This document shows, piece by piece, positions 1-11,817 of a stretch of 52,046 nt of DNA. The position numbers and the translations under genes were made by a program. Numbering within the stretch: position 1 is the first letter of the stretch; every line of letters starts with the position of its first letter. The notes under the pieces are model-generated. The model saw only the letters and a program-made list of their open reading frames with translations, was not told where the DNA came from and searched no databases. Source of the DNA: Octopus sinensis (lineage: Eukaryota); the NCBI RefSeq assembly GCF_006345805.1, contig NW_021834256.1, positions 1 to 52,046 on the forward strand, given 5' to 3'.

Positions 1-440
1 CCTGCTGTGTGATATGGTGAGCTCTGAGGACGCTAGGGAAAGAGGAGCAGCTGGTGAAAAGCTGTACAAGCCAGGTACAAAGAGGCTGGCAGTAAGGCGA
101 GAGTTAACCACGAGTACAACGAAGAGTTTGGTGAACAGGTAGGGGTTCGTCAAGGCTCAGTTCTATGTCTCCTCTTTTCATCATTGTCCTCCAGGTCATA
201 AGAGAGGAATTCAAGACTGGCAGCCTTTGGGAACTACTAAACTACTATATTCTGATGATATTGAGCTCATAGGGGATTCTGTATCAGAGCTAGATGAGAA
301 ATTCCAGGTCCAGGTGTGGAAGCAAAATCTTAAATCTAAGGGCCTTAAGGTTAACTTTTAAGGCAAACATTTAAGTCCTAATAAGCAAGAAAACTGACAG
401 GACCCATGCCAGCATGGACAACGGACGTTAAATGATGATG
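1..440 (+). mobile_element. Decayed RTE-clade LINE reverse transcriptase fragment joined to a (GAT)n-tailed 3' end
   Basis: Frameshifted translation VIW*ALRTLG..LVKAVQARY..RVNHEYNEEF..QVGVRQGSVL..FIIVLQVIREEFKTGSLWELL..YSDDIELIGDSVSELDEKFQ..WKQNLKSKGLKVN (YxDD motif). It is followed by CCCATGCCAGCATGGA..CGGACGTTAAATGATGATG. Confidence 0.85.
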
Positions 441-1621
441 ATGAGGAGGAGGAGAATGAAGAGGACGAGGATACACACACACACACACAAACACACACAT
501 ACACGCACACACATACACACACACACACACGCACATACACACACATACACACACACACGCATGCACACACATACACACGCACACACATACACATACACAC
601 ACACACGCACCACACACACACATATACACATACACACACACACACGCACGCGCACACACATTATACAATGTGCATCGTTGAGATTCTCTCTACCAAATCC
701 ACTCACAGGGTTTTAGTTGGCCTGTGGCTATAGTAGAAGACGTTTGCCCAAGGTGCCGCCACACTGTGGGACGGAACCTGGAACCACGTCGTTGGGAAGC
801 AAGCTTCTTAACCACTCAGCCGTGACTGCACACTTGTCTAGTGAAGTCGAGCAGCAAGAAACCGGACCCTTCATTAGCTCAATTTGCAAGACAAGTGTGG
901 TGGTCATGTCAGGAGTGGGGGAAGGGTGGAGATTGTTGATTAAAATGAACGCTACTTGGATTAAGTAATCACTTATTACCTCAAACAAAGTGCAGCTAAA
1001 CACACACACACACACACGCATACACACACACACACACATGCATACACACACACATACATACAAGCACACACAGTGTGTGTGGTTGTTATTGATGCTGTTG
1101 TCGTTGCCCTTATTGTTGCCACTGTCCCTTCTCGTGGCTATTGAAGGACCCTTGTTTGACCGGTCACTCTCAATTATGGACAGCACAAAGAGACACACGT
1201 GTTTATACATACATATTTACTTATATGTGTGCGGGTGTGTAAAAAATATATATGTACATACATAAGCATATACATGTGTATACACGCACACCACATATAT
1301 ATGTATACATGCATATACACACACGTATATGCAAACATATATATTTGTGTGTGTGTGTGTGTGTGTGCGTATTCATATATAATATTTATAAGTGAGTTTG
1401 TATGTATATACATATATATATATACACAAATATCTACATTCATATGTGTATGCACTTATATACATGTGTATACATTCGTATGTGTATGTATATATATAAT
1501 ATATATATATATGTTATATATATGTTATATATATAACATATATATATATATACATACATATATATATACATACATATATATACATACACATATATATATA
1601 CACACACATATATATATATAC

Positions 1622-1666
<45 letters not shown>

Positions 1667-1689
1667 CATATACATACATATATATACAT

Positions 1690-2350
1690 ACATGGCACAT
1701 AAAAAGCACCATCCGAACATGGCCGATGCCGGTGCCGCCACGACTGGCTCCTGTGTCGGGGGCACATAAAAAGCACCATCCGAATGTGGCCGATGCCAGC
1801 GCCGCCCCAACTGGCTTCTGTACTGGTGGCACATAAAAAGCCCCCCCTAATTAACATGGCCGATGCCAGCGCCGCCCCGACTGGCTTCTGTGCCGGTGGC
1901 ACATAAAAAGCACCATCCGAACGTGGCCGATGCCAGCGCCGCCCCAACTGGCTTCTGTGCCGGTGGCACATAAAAAGCACCATCCAAACGTGGCCGATGC
2001 CAGCGCCACCCCGACTGGCTTCTGTGCTGGTGGCAGATAAAAGGCACCATCCGAACGTGGCCGTTGCCAGCGCTGCCTTAGCTGGCTTTCGTGCCGGTGA
2101 CACGTTAAAAGCTCCAACCGATCGTGGTCGATGCCGGACCCCCTGGCACCTGTGCAGGTGGCACGTAAAAAGCACCCACTACACTCGCGGGGTGGTTGGC
2201 GTTAGGAAGGGCATCCAGCTGTAGAAACTCTGCCAGATCAGACTGGAGCCTGGTGCAGCCCCTGGCTTCCCAGAACCCGGTCGAACCGTCCAACCCGTGC
2301 TAGCGCGGAAAACGGACGTTAAACGATGATGATGATGATGATGATGATGA
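1690..2350 (+). mobile_element. RTE-type LINE 3' UTR fragment with a 67-bp internal tandem array and (GAT)n tail
   Basis: GGCACATAAAAAGCACC units at 1694, 1761, 1828, 1898, 1965 and 2032, then GTTGGCGTTAGGAAGGGCATCCAGCTGTAGAAAC...CGGACGTTAAAC(GAT)n. Confidence 0.8.
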
Positions 2351-3129
2351 TATATATATATATATATATATATACATTACTCTCTTTTACTCTTTTACTT
2401 GTTTCAGTCATTTGACTGCGGCCATGCTGGAGCACCGCCTTTAGTCGTGCAAATCGACCCCGGAACTTATTCTTTGTAAGCCCAGTACTTATTCTATCGG
2501 TCTCTTTTTTTTTGCTGAACCGCTAAGTGACGGGGACGTAAACACACCAGCATTGGTTGTCAAGCAATGCTAGGGGGACGAACACAGACACACAAACACA
2601 CACACGCATATATATATATACATATATACGACAGGCTTCTTTCAGTTTCCGTCTACCAAATCCACTCACAAGGCATTGGTCGGCCCGGGGCTATAGCAGG
2701 AGTCACTTGCCCAAGATGCCATGCAGTGGGACTGAACCCGGAACCATGTGGTTGGTTAGCAAGCTACTTACCACACAGCCACTCCTTATTATTAAGGAAT
2801 ATTACTTCCAAGTACACAGAAGAAAGACATTCAAATTAGATGTACTAAAATGAACGTCTCTCAATGTTTAATTCGTATACATAAAAGTAGTTTTAGAGAC
2901 AGAATTACCTTCAACTCAATCAACACTGAAAGGTTTTATACCCACCACTCCATAATATTTTGAAAATTAAATCTTATACTAACTATATCTATTCTGATTT
3001 CTGTATTTTCTGTTTATAAGACTACACGTGTTTCATGAAAGTACGTCGGTATTGATTAGATACGAGGTATCTAGTTTCAATACTTACTTGGTCGACATAC
3101 TCCCAATCTTCAGGTCTGCATTACTCAAC

Positions 3130-3167
<38 letters not shown>

Positions 3168-3429
3168 CATATAGCATTCAGAATGTGTTTCAAGGACCTT
3201 TACCAGACATGAAACTCAAGAGACCGGAAGGAATCGGTTGCTCTCTGTAGCCTGAAAGATATTTCATCATCCAGGGAGCAAGAACAGCTGAGGAAGGGCA
3301 TCAAGCTGTAGAAACTCTGTCAGATCAAGATTGGAGCCTGGTGTAGCCATCTGGCTCACCAGACCTCAGTCAAATTGTCCAACCCATGCCAGCATGGAAA
3401 GAGGACGTTAAACGATGATGATGATGATG

Positions 3430-4031
3430 ATATATATATATATATATACATACACACATATTTATGCAAACATATATAAATTTACAAGTATACATGATTA
3501 TATACAATTATATTTACATATATGTATGTGTGTATACATACATATAAGTATATATGTATGTGTGCAGATATACATGTGTATGTATATACACAGACACACA
3601 TATATATATAAATATATATATGCATATATATATATATACACACACACATATATACATACATACATATGCATATATATATATACATACATATATATATATA
3701 TATATACATACACACATATTTATGCAAACATATATAAATTTACAAGTATACATGATTATATACAATTATATTTACATATATGTATGTGTGTATACATACA
3801 TATAAGTATATATGTATGTGTGCAGATATACATGTGTATGTATATACACAGACACACATATATATATAAATATATATATGCATATATATATACATACACA
3901 CATATTTATGCAAACATATATAAATTTACAAGTATACATGATTATATACAATTATATTTACATATATGTATGTGTGCAGATATACATGTGTATGTATATA
4001 CACAGACACACATATATATATATATACATAC

Positions 4032-4062
<31 letters not shown>

Positions 4063-4090
4063 TATATACATACATATATATATATATAAC
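3430..4090. repeat. Compound (TA/CA)n satellite with higher-order units of about 190-260 bp
   Basis: TATGCAAACATATATAAATTTACAAG recurs three times. Confidence 0.85.
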
Positions 4091-4689
4091 TGCAGCGTGG
4101 AAGGTGTTTATAAGCCATTTAAGAAACACACAAAAACTGTTAGATTCACTTCAACATTTCAATTTAATTTGTCAAAATATTTTCATCGCTTTGAGACCGC
4201 GACCTGTTCACTGAAAAAACTTCAGGCAGCACGAAGTTCACTTTCATATGTCCACTTAATACTGCTTTGTTTGCTCTCAGCCCTATAATCTCTGCAACTT
4301 TTCTGGGCCCCACCAGTACAAGAAAATCTCAGTCTTATCACTCATGGTGCAAAAATGAGTACCACCACTTGGGTTGATAACTGGTGAAGAATTTGGGACC
4401 TTCTGTGCGTCTCCCGTCCAATTGTACACTCAGCAGACATTATACATTTTTTATGAGTTGTTTATTTATCTATAATACATTTTTTCTTTTAAGCAACAGA
4501 ATGCAATGCACCTAGGTTTTATAAGCAAAAAGGTTCAAATATAATTTTCATATTACATTCGCCCTGCTCTGTTGTAGAGTGTATGCTCAAAACGTAAAGG
4601 ACTTTTTCATCTTTCATTTTTCCTCACCGTCAAACTAACACACTTGCTTGTTAGTTATAGACCTGTCTTCGCCTGCTGCATCTTAATTT

Positions 4690-5180
4690 CAAATATACAG
4701 GCAAGTGAAAATCAAAATCGAAATCGATGGAAATTGTAGCTGAGGTACCAGTGGCGGTGGCACGTAAGAGAACCGTCTGAACGTGGCCGTTGCCAGTGCC
4801 GCCCCAACTGGCCTCCGTGCTGGTGGCACGAAAAAGGACCATCTGAACGTGGCCGATGCCAGCGCCGCCTTGACTGGCTTCTGTGCTGGTGGCACGTTAA
4901 AAGCACCAACCAATTGTGGCCGCTGCCAGACTCCCCTGGCACCTGTGCCGGTGGCACATAAAAAGCACCATCCGATCGTGGCCGTTTGCCAGCCTCGTCT
5001 GGCACATAAAAAGCACCCAATACACTCGCGGAGTGGTTGGTGTTAGGAAGGGCATCCAGCTGTAGAAACACTGCCAGATCAGACTGGAGCTTGGTGCAGC
5101 CTCCTAGCTTCCCAGACCCCAGTTGAACCGTCCAACCCATGCTAGCATGGAAAACGGACGTTAAACGATGATGATGATAT
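4690..5180 (+). mobile_element. RTE-type 3' UTR copy
   Basis: Same 3' end and (GAT)n tail, with fewer internal repeats. Confidence 0.8.
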
Positions 5181-8123
5181 ACATACACACACACACACAC
5201 ACACACAGACAGATACATAGCCACAAACGTTACTTAGCTTGTCGATGAAAATAATATAACTGAATTTTAAACGTAAAAATGTAGGTCTTAGCGTTTAAAA
5301 GAAATTAAACTCATGAAGACATTGTGTAAGAAAATAAAATAGAATTATCAATGAAAATGGTGAAAAATATTTATTAATAATGAAAAAGGTGAAAATTATT
5401 TAAGCTTCATGAATTAAAGGTAAATAGAATAACAAAAGAACTATAAAATTAAGTTCCAAATAATTATTACGTAAATTATATATAAAATATTAAATTACTT
5501 TCGACTTACTGCAATCAATAGGTCTTAATAAAATTATACATAATCATTTATGTATTTAGAAATATCAAAGTTTAAAATTACCAAAATAGATTAATACAGC
5601 ATATGATAAAATTTATTTACCTTATTGCCCACTAGGGGCTAAACAGAGGGGACAAACAAGGACAGACAAAGGGATTAGGTCGATTACATCGACCCCCACT
5701 GTGAAACTGGTACTTATTTAATCAACCCCGAAAGGATGAAAGGCAAAGTCAACCTCGGGAGAATTTGAACTCAGAACGTAACGACAGACGAAATACATAA
5801 CATATAATAATATAGGCATAGGAGTGGCTGTGTGGTAAGTAGCTTGCTTACCAACCACATGGTTCCAGGTTCAGTCCCACTGTGTGGCACCATCTACAGG
5901 TGTTTTCTATTATAGCCTTGGTCCGACTAAAGCCTTGAGTGGATTTGGTAGATGGAAACTGAAAGAAGCCCATTGTATATATATATATATATGTATGTGT
6001 GTCTGTGTTTTTCTCCCCAGCATCACTTGACAACCGATGCTGTTGTGTTTACGTCCCCGTCACTTAGCGGTTCGGCAAAAGAAGCTGATAGAATAAGCAC
6101 TCGGCTTACAAAGAATAAGCTCTGGGGTCGATTTGCTTGACTAAAGGCGGTGCTCCAGCATGGCCACAGTCAAATGACTGAAACAAGTAAAAGAGTAATA
6201 TAGTAAATTATACACTAATACTACTAAATTATATCTACAAGAAATAATGTTTTATACATACGGAAAAATAAGCTAAACGTATTATATAGGTAAATAAATT
6301 TATGTTAGCATTTAATTTTAAATGACTATTTACTATAAATTTAAAGTACAAAAAATAAATAAGTAAAATATATTATATTTAAATTAATTTATATTACTAT
6401 AATTAATATATCTTAATAAATTTATACAATCATTTATTTATTAGCTAAACCTATTATATAGGTAATTTAATTTATGTCTACACTTAATTTTACTCTCCTC
6501 TTATGAATTTACTTACACACAATTGTTATTAAGCAATATTTCTTTGAATTCATTATTACACAATAAATAATAATTACTCCCTATACAATATGATTTAGCC
6601 CTACGAATAATCCCCCAAGTTAATTCATATTTAATAGATTCCATTTTATTCCATGCTGCTGTGATACAAACCAAATTTTATTGAGGTAAATTTTCTACGG
6701 CTGGGTGCTCTTCCTGTGGCTCACTTTTGTCTACTGAATCATGGGGATATTTGTTCACCGGAGAAGGTAAATAATGTCAGAACTTTTCAATGCACACATG
6801 ATCAAACAAACACATATATATATACCCATTTCTTTATTACCCACAAGGGGCTAAACATAGAGGGGACAAACAAGGACAGACATAAGTATTAAGTTGATTA
6901 CATCGACCTCAGTGCGTAACTGGTACTTAATTTATCGACCCTGAAAGGATGAAGGACGAAGTCGACCTCGGCGGAATTTGAACTCAGAACGTAACGACAG
7001 ACGAAATACCGCTAAGCATTTCGCCCAGTGTGCTAACCATTCTGCCAGCTCGCCGACTATATATACCATCTCTCTCTCTCTCTCACACACACACACTTTC
7101 ATACACACACATACATAAACATATACCATCATACATACACACATATTTACTATCATTGCACACCACACATATCCTCCTACATACACGTAGACCATTATAC
7201 AAATGCATACATGTGTACCATCACACATACACACACACACATGAATACTATCATATACACAGACATTATCACACACATACAGTAACATATACATACCATC
7301 TCACACACACACAATCATCATCATACAGATACACATACAATTGGTCAAGCAAAATTGTGCATGAACCTGTAAACACACCACTGTGTATGTGTGTGTGTAT
7401 GTATGGATGTATGTGTGTTTGTATGCATGTGTGTGTGTATGCATGTGTGGATGTGTGAGTGTATGTATGTATGTGTTTATATGTGTTTATGTGCTAAATG
7501 TATCCGCGTGTGTACATAAATATGTATGTATGTAGTGTGTGTATGTAAGTGTGTGTATATACATGTATTTATGTGTGTGTGTGTGTAGTTGTACAGGTCA
7601 TCATGATCATTATTATTTAACATTCACCTCCTAGGCTGGCCTTGGACTGCAGTTTTGCAGGGGCCAGCCAGGCAGTAAACTACCCCAGGCTCCAGTGTCT
7701 GTTTTGGCAGGGCTTCTACAGCAGGGTACCTTTCCTAACACCAACCACCCAGCAGAGTGGACCGAATACTTTTTACGTGGCACCAGCACAGGGGAGTTCA
7801 GTTTTGGCATGGATTTCACAGCATGCATGTTTGTATATATGAGTGTGTTTATATAGGTGTTTATGCGTGTAAATGAGTGCATATAATTGAATGTACATAT
7901 GTATGTATGAGTGTAATTATACATATGTTTGTGTGCGTGCATTTATGTGTATGACTGAACACATCATTGAGTATATAAGTATATATGTATGTGTTTATAA
8001 ACATGTTTATGTCTGTAACTGTGTGCATATAATTGAATGTATATATATGTATAAGTGTATTTATACATGTTTCTGTGAGTGCAGTTATGTGTGTATGTCT
8101 GAATACATCATTGAGTATATAAG

Positions 8124-8156
<33 letters not shown>

Positions 8157-8297
8157 TTATACACGTGTTTATGTCTGTAACTGTGTGCATATAATTGAAT
8201 GTATACATGTATGTATGTATATATGAGTGTATTTATACACGTTTCTGTGAGTGCAGTTATGTATGTATGACAGATTTTATCATTGAGTATATAAGTG

Positions 8298-8328
<31 letters not shown>

Positions 8329-8620
8329 GTGTTTATACAGGTGTTTATGTGTGTGTAACTGTGTGTATATAATCAAATATACCTTTGTGTGTATATATCT
8401 ATGTAAGCTTAAGTACAAGACATTGAGATGTCTTGGATGCAAGTGGATTTGTTAAATGGTTTCTGTGGCATTCACATTTTTAAAAAATAGAGTCGAAGTA
8501 GGGTAGAGGGTCTTCGAACAAGGATCTAATAGAAAGACCAGAGCAGGGAGTTAGGGGTAAGGGTCCTCCTCTACTCATTCCACTATTGCTAGTGGTGTTA
8601 TTGTTGTTGGTATCGTTGTC

Positions 8621-8683
8621 CTAGTGGCCTGGGGCAGCAAGGCTTTTGTCCATGAACTTCCGTTTTGCGAAACACAACCACCA
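8621..8683 (-). CDS. ARPC3: ARPC3 coding exon 7 (terminal)
   Basis: tttcag|[20 protein letters not shown]. Confidence 0.96.
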   Translation of the reverse strand, partial: WWLCFAKRKFMDKSLAAPGH

Positions 8684-9761
8684 CTGAAAATTGTAATAAT
8701 AATAATAATAATAATAATAATATAATAATAATAATAATAGTAATAATAATGATAATAATAGTAATAATAATAATAATAATAATAATATAATAAAAGACCC
8801 CCTTCGGTCATGAATGACCATGGGATTGCACCTAGAAAGTTACCCTCCTAGACACAAGTCCGGGCAAGGTTGTTGTATGGAAGGCCAGCAGTCTCCCCTC
8901 TTCACAACACTGATGTTATCCAGGGGAAAGGCAAAGGGGCCGATACAACTTGGCACCAGTGACGTCGCAACTCATTTCTACAGCTGAGTGAACTGGAGCA
9001 ACGTGAAATAAAGTGTCTTGCTCAAGAACACAACACGCAGCCCGGTCCGGGATTCGAGCTCACAACCTCACGATTGTAAGCTCGACGCTCTAACCACTGA
9101 GCCATGTGCCAATAGTAATAATAATAAATAAATAAATAATAATAATAATAATCCTTTCTACTAAAGGCATAGGGCCTGAAAATTTGGGGGAGGGAACTAG
9201 TCGATTACATCAACCCCAGTTCGTAACTGGTACTAAATTTATTGACCCTGAAAAGATGAAAGGCAAAATTGACCTCGGTGGAATTTGAACTCAGAACATA
9301 GCAACAGGCAAAACACTTCATCCGCTGTGCTCACAATTCTGTTAGTTCACTGCCTTATTGGCTACAAATTTGGCACAAGGCCAGCAATTTTGGGGGAGGG
9401 GATAAGTCGACAACATTGACCCCAGTGCGTAACTGGTATTAAATTTATCGACCCCGAAAGGATGAAAGGCAAAGTTGACCTCGGCGGAATTTGAACTCAG
9501 AACGTACAGCAGACAAAATACGTATTTCTTTATTACGCACAAGGGGCTAAACATAGAGGGGACAAACAAGGACAGACAAACGGATTAAGTCGATTACATC
9601 GACCCCAGTGCGTAACTGGTACTTTATTTATCGACCCCGAAAGGATGAAAGGCAAAGTCAACCTCGGCAGAATTTGAACTCAGAACGTAACGGCAGACAA
9701 AATATGGCTACGCATTTTGCCCGGCGTACTAACGTTTCTGCCAGATCGCCGCCTTTTTAAA

Positions 9762-9806
<45 letters not shown>

Positions 9807-11749
9807 GCCCTGATGCAGTACCAGGCAGTGGCTCTCGTGGCTTCTGATCTTAACTGATTGGAAGTGTTATCATGTACATTGTTTTGTCTTGGTATAAAAG
9901 ATGGGCTACAGCAAATATTCTGCTCAATACCACAGATTTGCTTGTCAGTTGTTTGACCGTAACCAGTTGAGCATGTCCCTTAGTGGCTGACGATATGTGC
10001 ATCTTTGATTATGAGCAGAAGTAGTGGGGGAGCATCATAGCCATGTGTTGAGAGGGATTCTTTGGGGTTTGGATAATTCACCTCTGGAAACATGGGTGGT
10101 TCGTTCAACAGCCTTAAACTGGGTGCCGTTTACGTGGCACAGCACAGAGACATCTTATACAACAGAGATAAATTTCTTCATTGACTACCAAAGGGCTGAC
10201 ATCAAGAAAATCATTAACGATGGCACAGAGCAAAAAAGTTGAGTGTGCAGGTGTCATTGTTGTGAGGGTTTTGCACGTAAACAAGGTTTAATGTAAAAGG
10301 AAAAAAGGATAATAGAGGAGGAGGGGAAGGGAGAAGAGGGGGAGGAGGGGGAAGGGAGAGGAGGAAAAAAAGGGGTTTCAAACAATGTCCCTGCCATCTT
10401 ACCTTGCTAGGTTTATCAGACTGGCAATCAAAGACTTTATCGCACATCCTCAAACCGGTTTCTTGTCGAAGCTGCTGTAGATATTGGCGGAGAGTTTCTG
10501 GAAAAGGTCAAAAGAAAAGAAAAACAAATAAATAAATAAAAAAAGCAAAATGTTACGTTGTGTCTGGGGAGAGTCATTTTCTTTTTTTGTGCCTTATTAC
10601 GTAACACACTCACTGATAAAAAATTCCCGCTTTTTCTTATTCTTATTTTCCTAAAATTTTCGTTTATTGAAACGGTTGCAAGACACAACGAAAATTTTAG
10701 GAAAATAAAAATAAACTAGATAAACACACACACACACATTGAGGGAAAGTGAGAGAGAGATAAACACACATATGTGTGTGTGTGTGGAGAGATAGAGATA
10801 GACAGACAAACAGAGATAACTGTAGATTAAGTTGTTACTATCTTCAATGACTAAAGCTTTAACCCTTTCGTTACTATATTTCTGACCAAAATACACCCCT
10901 TATGTGTTTCAATTAATTTCTAACATAATCATAAATTTAGTCTGGTTTCATTAAACAACTATAACTTTTTTATTTATCAATATATTAATGTGAATTTTGG
11001 AAGATAATTTAATGAAATGTTCTCAACCAATTCTATACTATAATTTTTGTCACAAAGTGACTCTAATTGCAGGTAGATACAGGTAAATTCAACAAAATAT
11101 AAAATTATTAAAATTTTGTTCAAACATCGCTATAGAAAATGGGTTATTAGCTAATACTCAATTGGGTATACAATTGTGGCCAGTCCAACGCAGCGTTACT
11201 CGAGAAACAAGAAGGGAGAGTGAGAGAAAGTTGTGGCGAAAGAGTACAACAGGGGTCGCCACCACCCCCTGTCGGAGCCTCGTGGAGCTTTAGGTGTTCT
11301 CGCTCGATAAAAACACACAATGCCCGATCTGGGAATCGAAACCGCGATCTCCCAACCGCAAGTCCACTGCCCTAACCACTGGGCCATTGCGCCTCTACAT
11401 AGATAAAGATATTGATTGGTATACAGACTGTAAGTGATAGATAATTAGACATACAGACAGGCAAACAGCTAGATAGATAGGAGAGATACATAGAAAAATA
11501 GAGGGACAGACAGACAGACAGATAGATATAGATCAATATACAAAAGGCGATTGATAGATTGATAGACAGATAGGCGCAGGAGTGGCTGTGTGGTAAGTAG
11601 CTTGTTTACCAACCACATGATTCCGGGTTCAGTCCCACTGCGTGGCACCTTGGGCAAGTGTATTCTGCTATAGCCTTGGGCCGACCAAAGCCTTGTTGAG
11701 TGGATTTGGTAGACGGAAACTGAAAGAAGCCCGTCGTATATATGTATAT

Positions 11750-11817
<68 letters not shown>

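Noticed and set aside
358-1834. Long ORFs rich in C/V/Y/I/H/T (also 3415-4288, 6932-8455, 24568-25291, 31181-31543, 45302-46116)
   Set aside because: They are translations of (CA)n, (TA)n and (TG)n microsatellites, not proteins.
1690-2100. Regularly spaced repeats resembling a CRISPR array
   Set aside because: The units are contiguous tandem repeats without unique spacers, there are no cas genes, and the context is eukaryotic.
2557-2853. Recurrent ORFs such as [33 protein letters not shown]
   Set aside because: Antisense translations of SINE family A, found at many loci.
9040-9110. tRNA-like sequences (also 18168-18240 and SINE-A/B heads)
   Set aside because: They continue directly into SINE bodies and lack a complete acceptor stem, so they are SINE heads, not tRNA genes.
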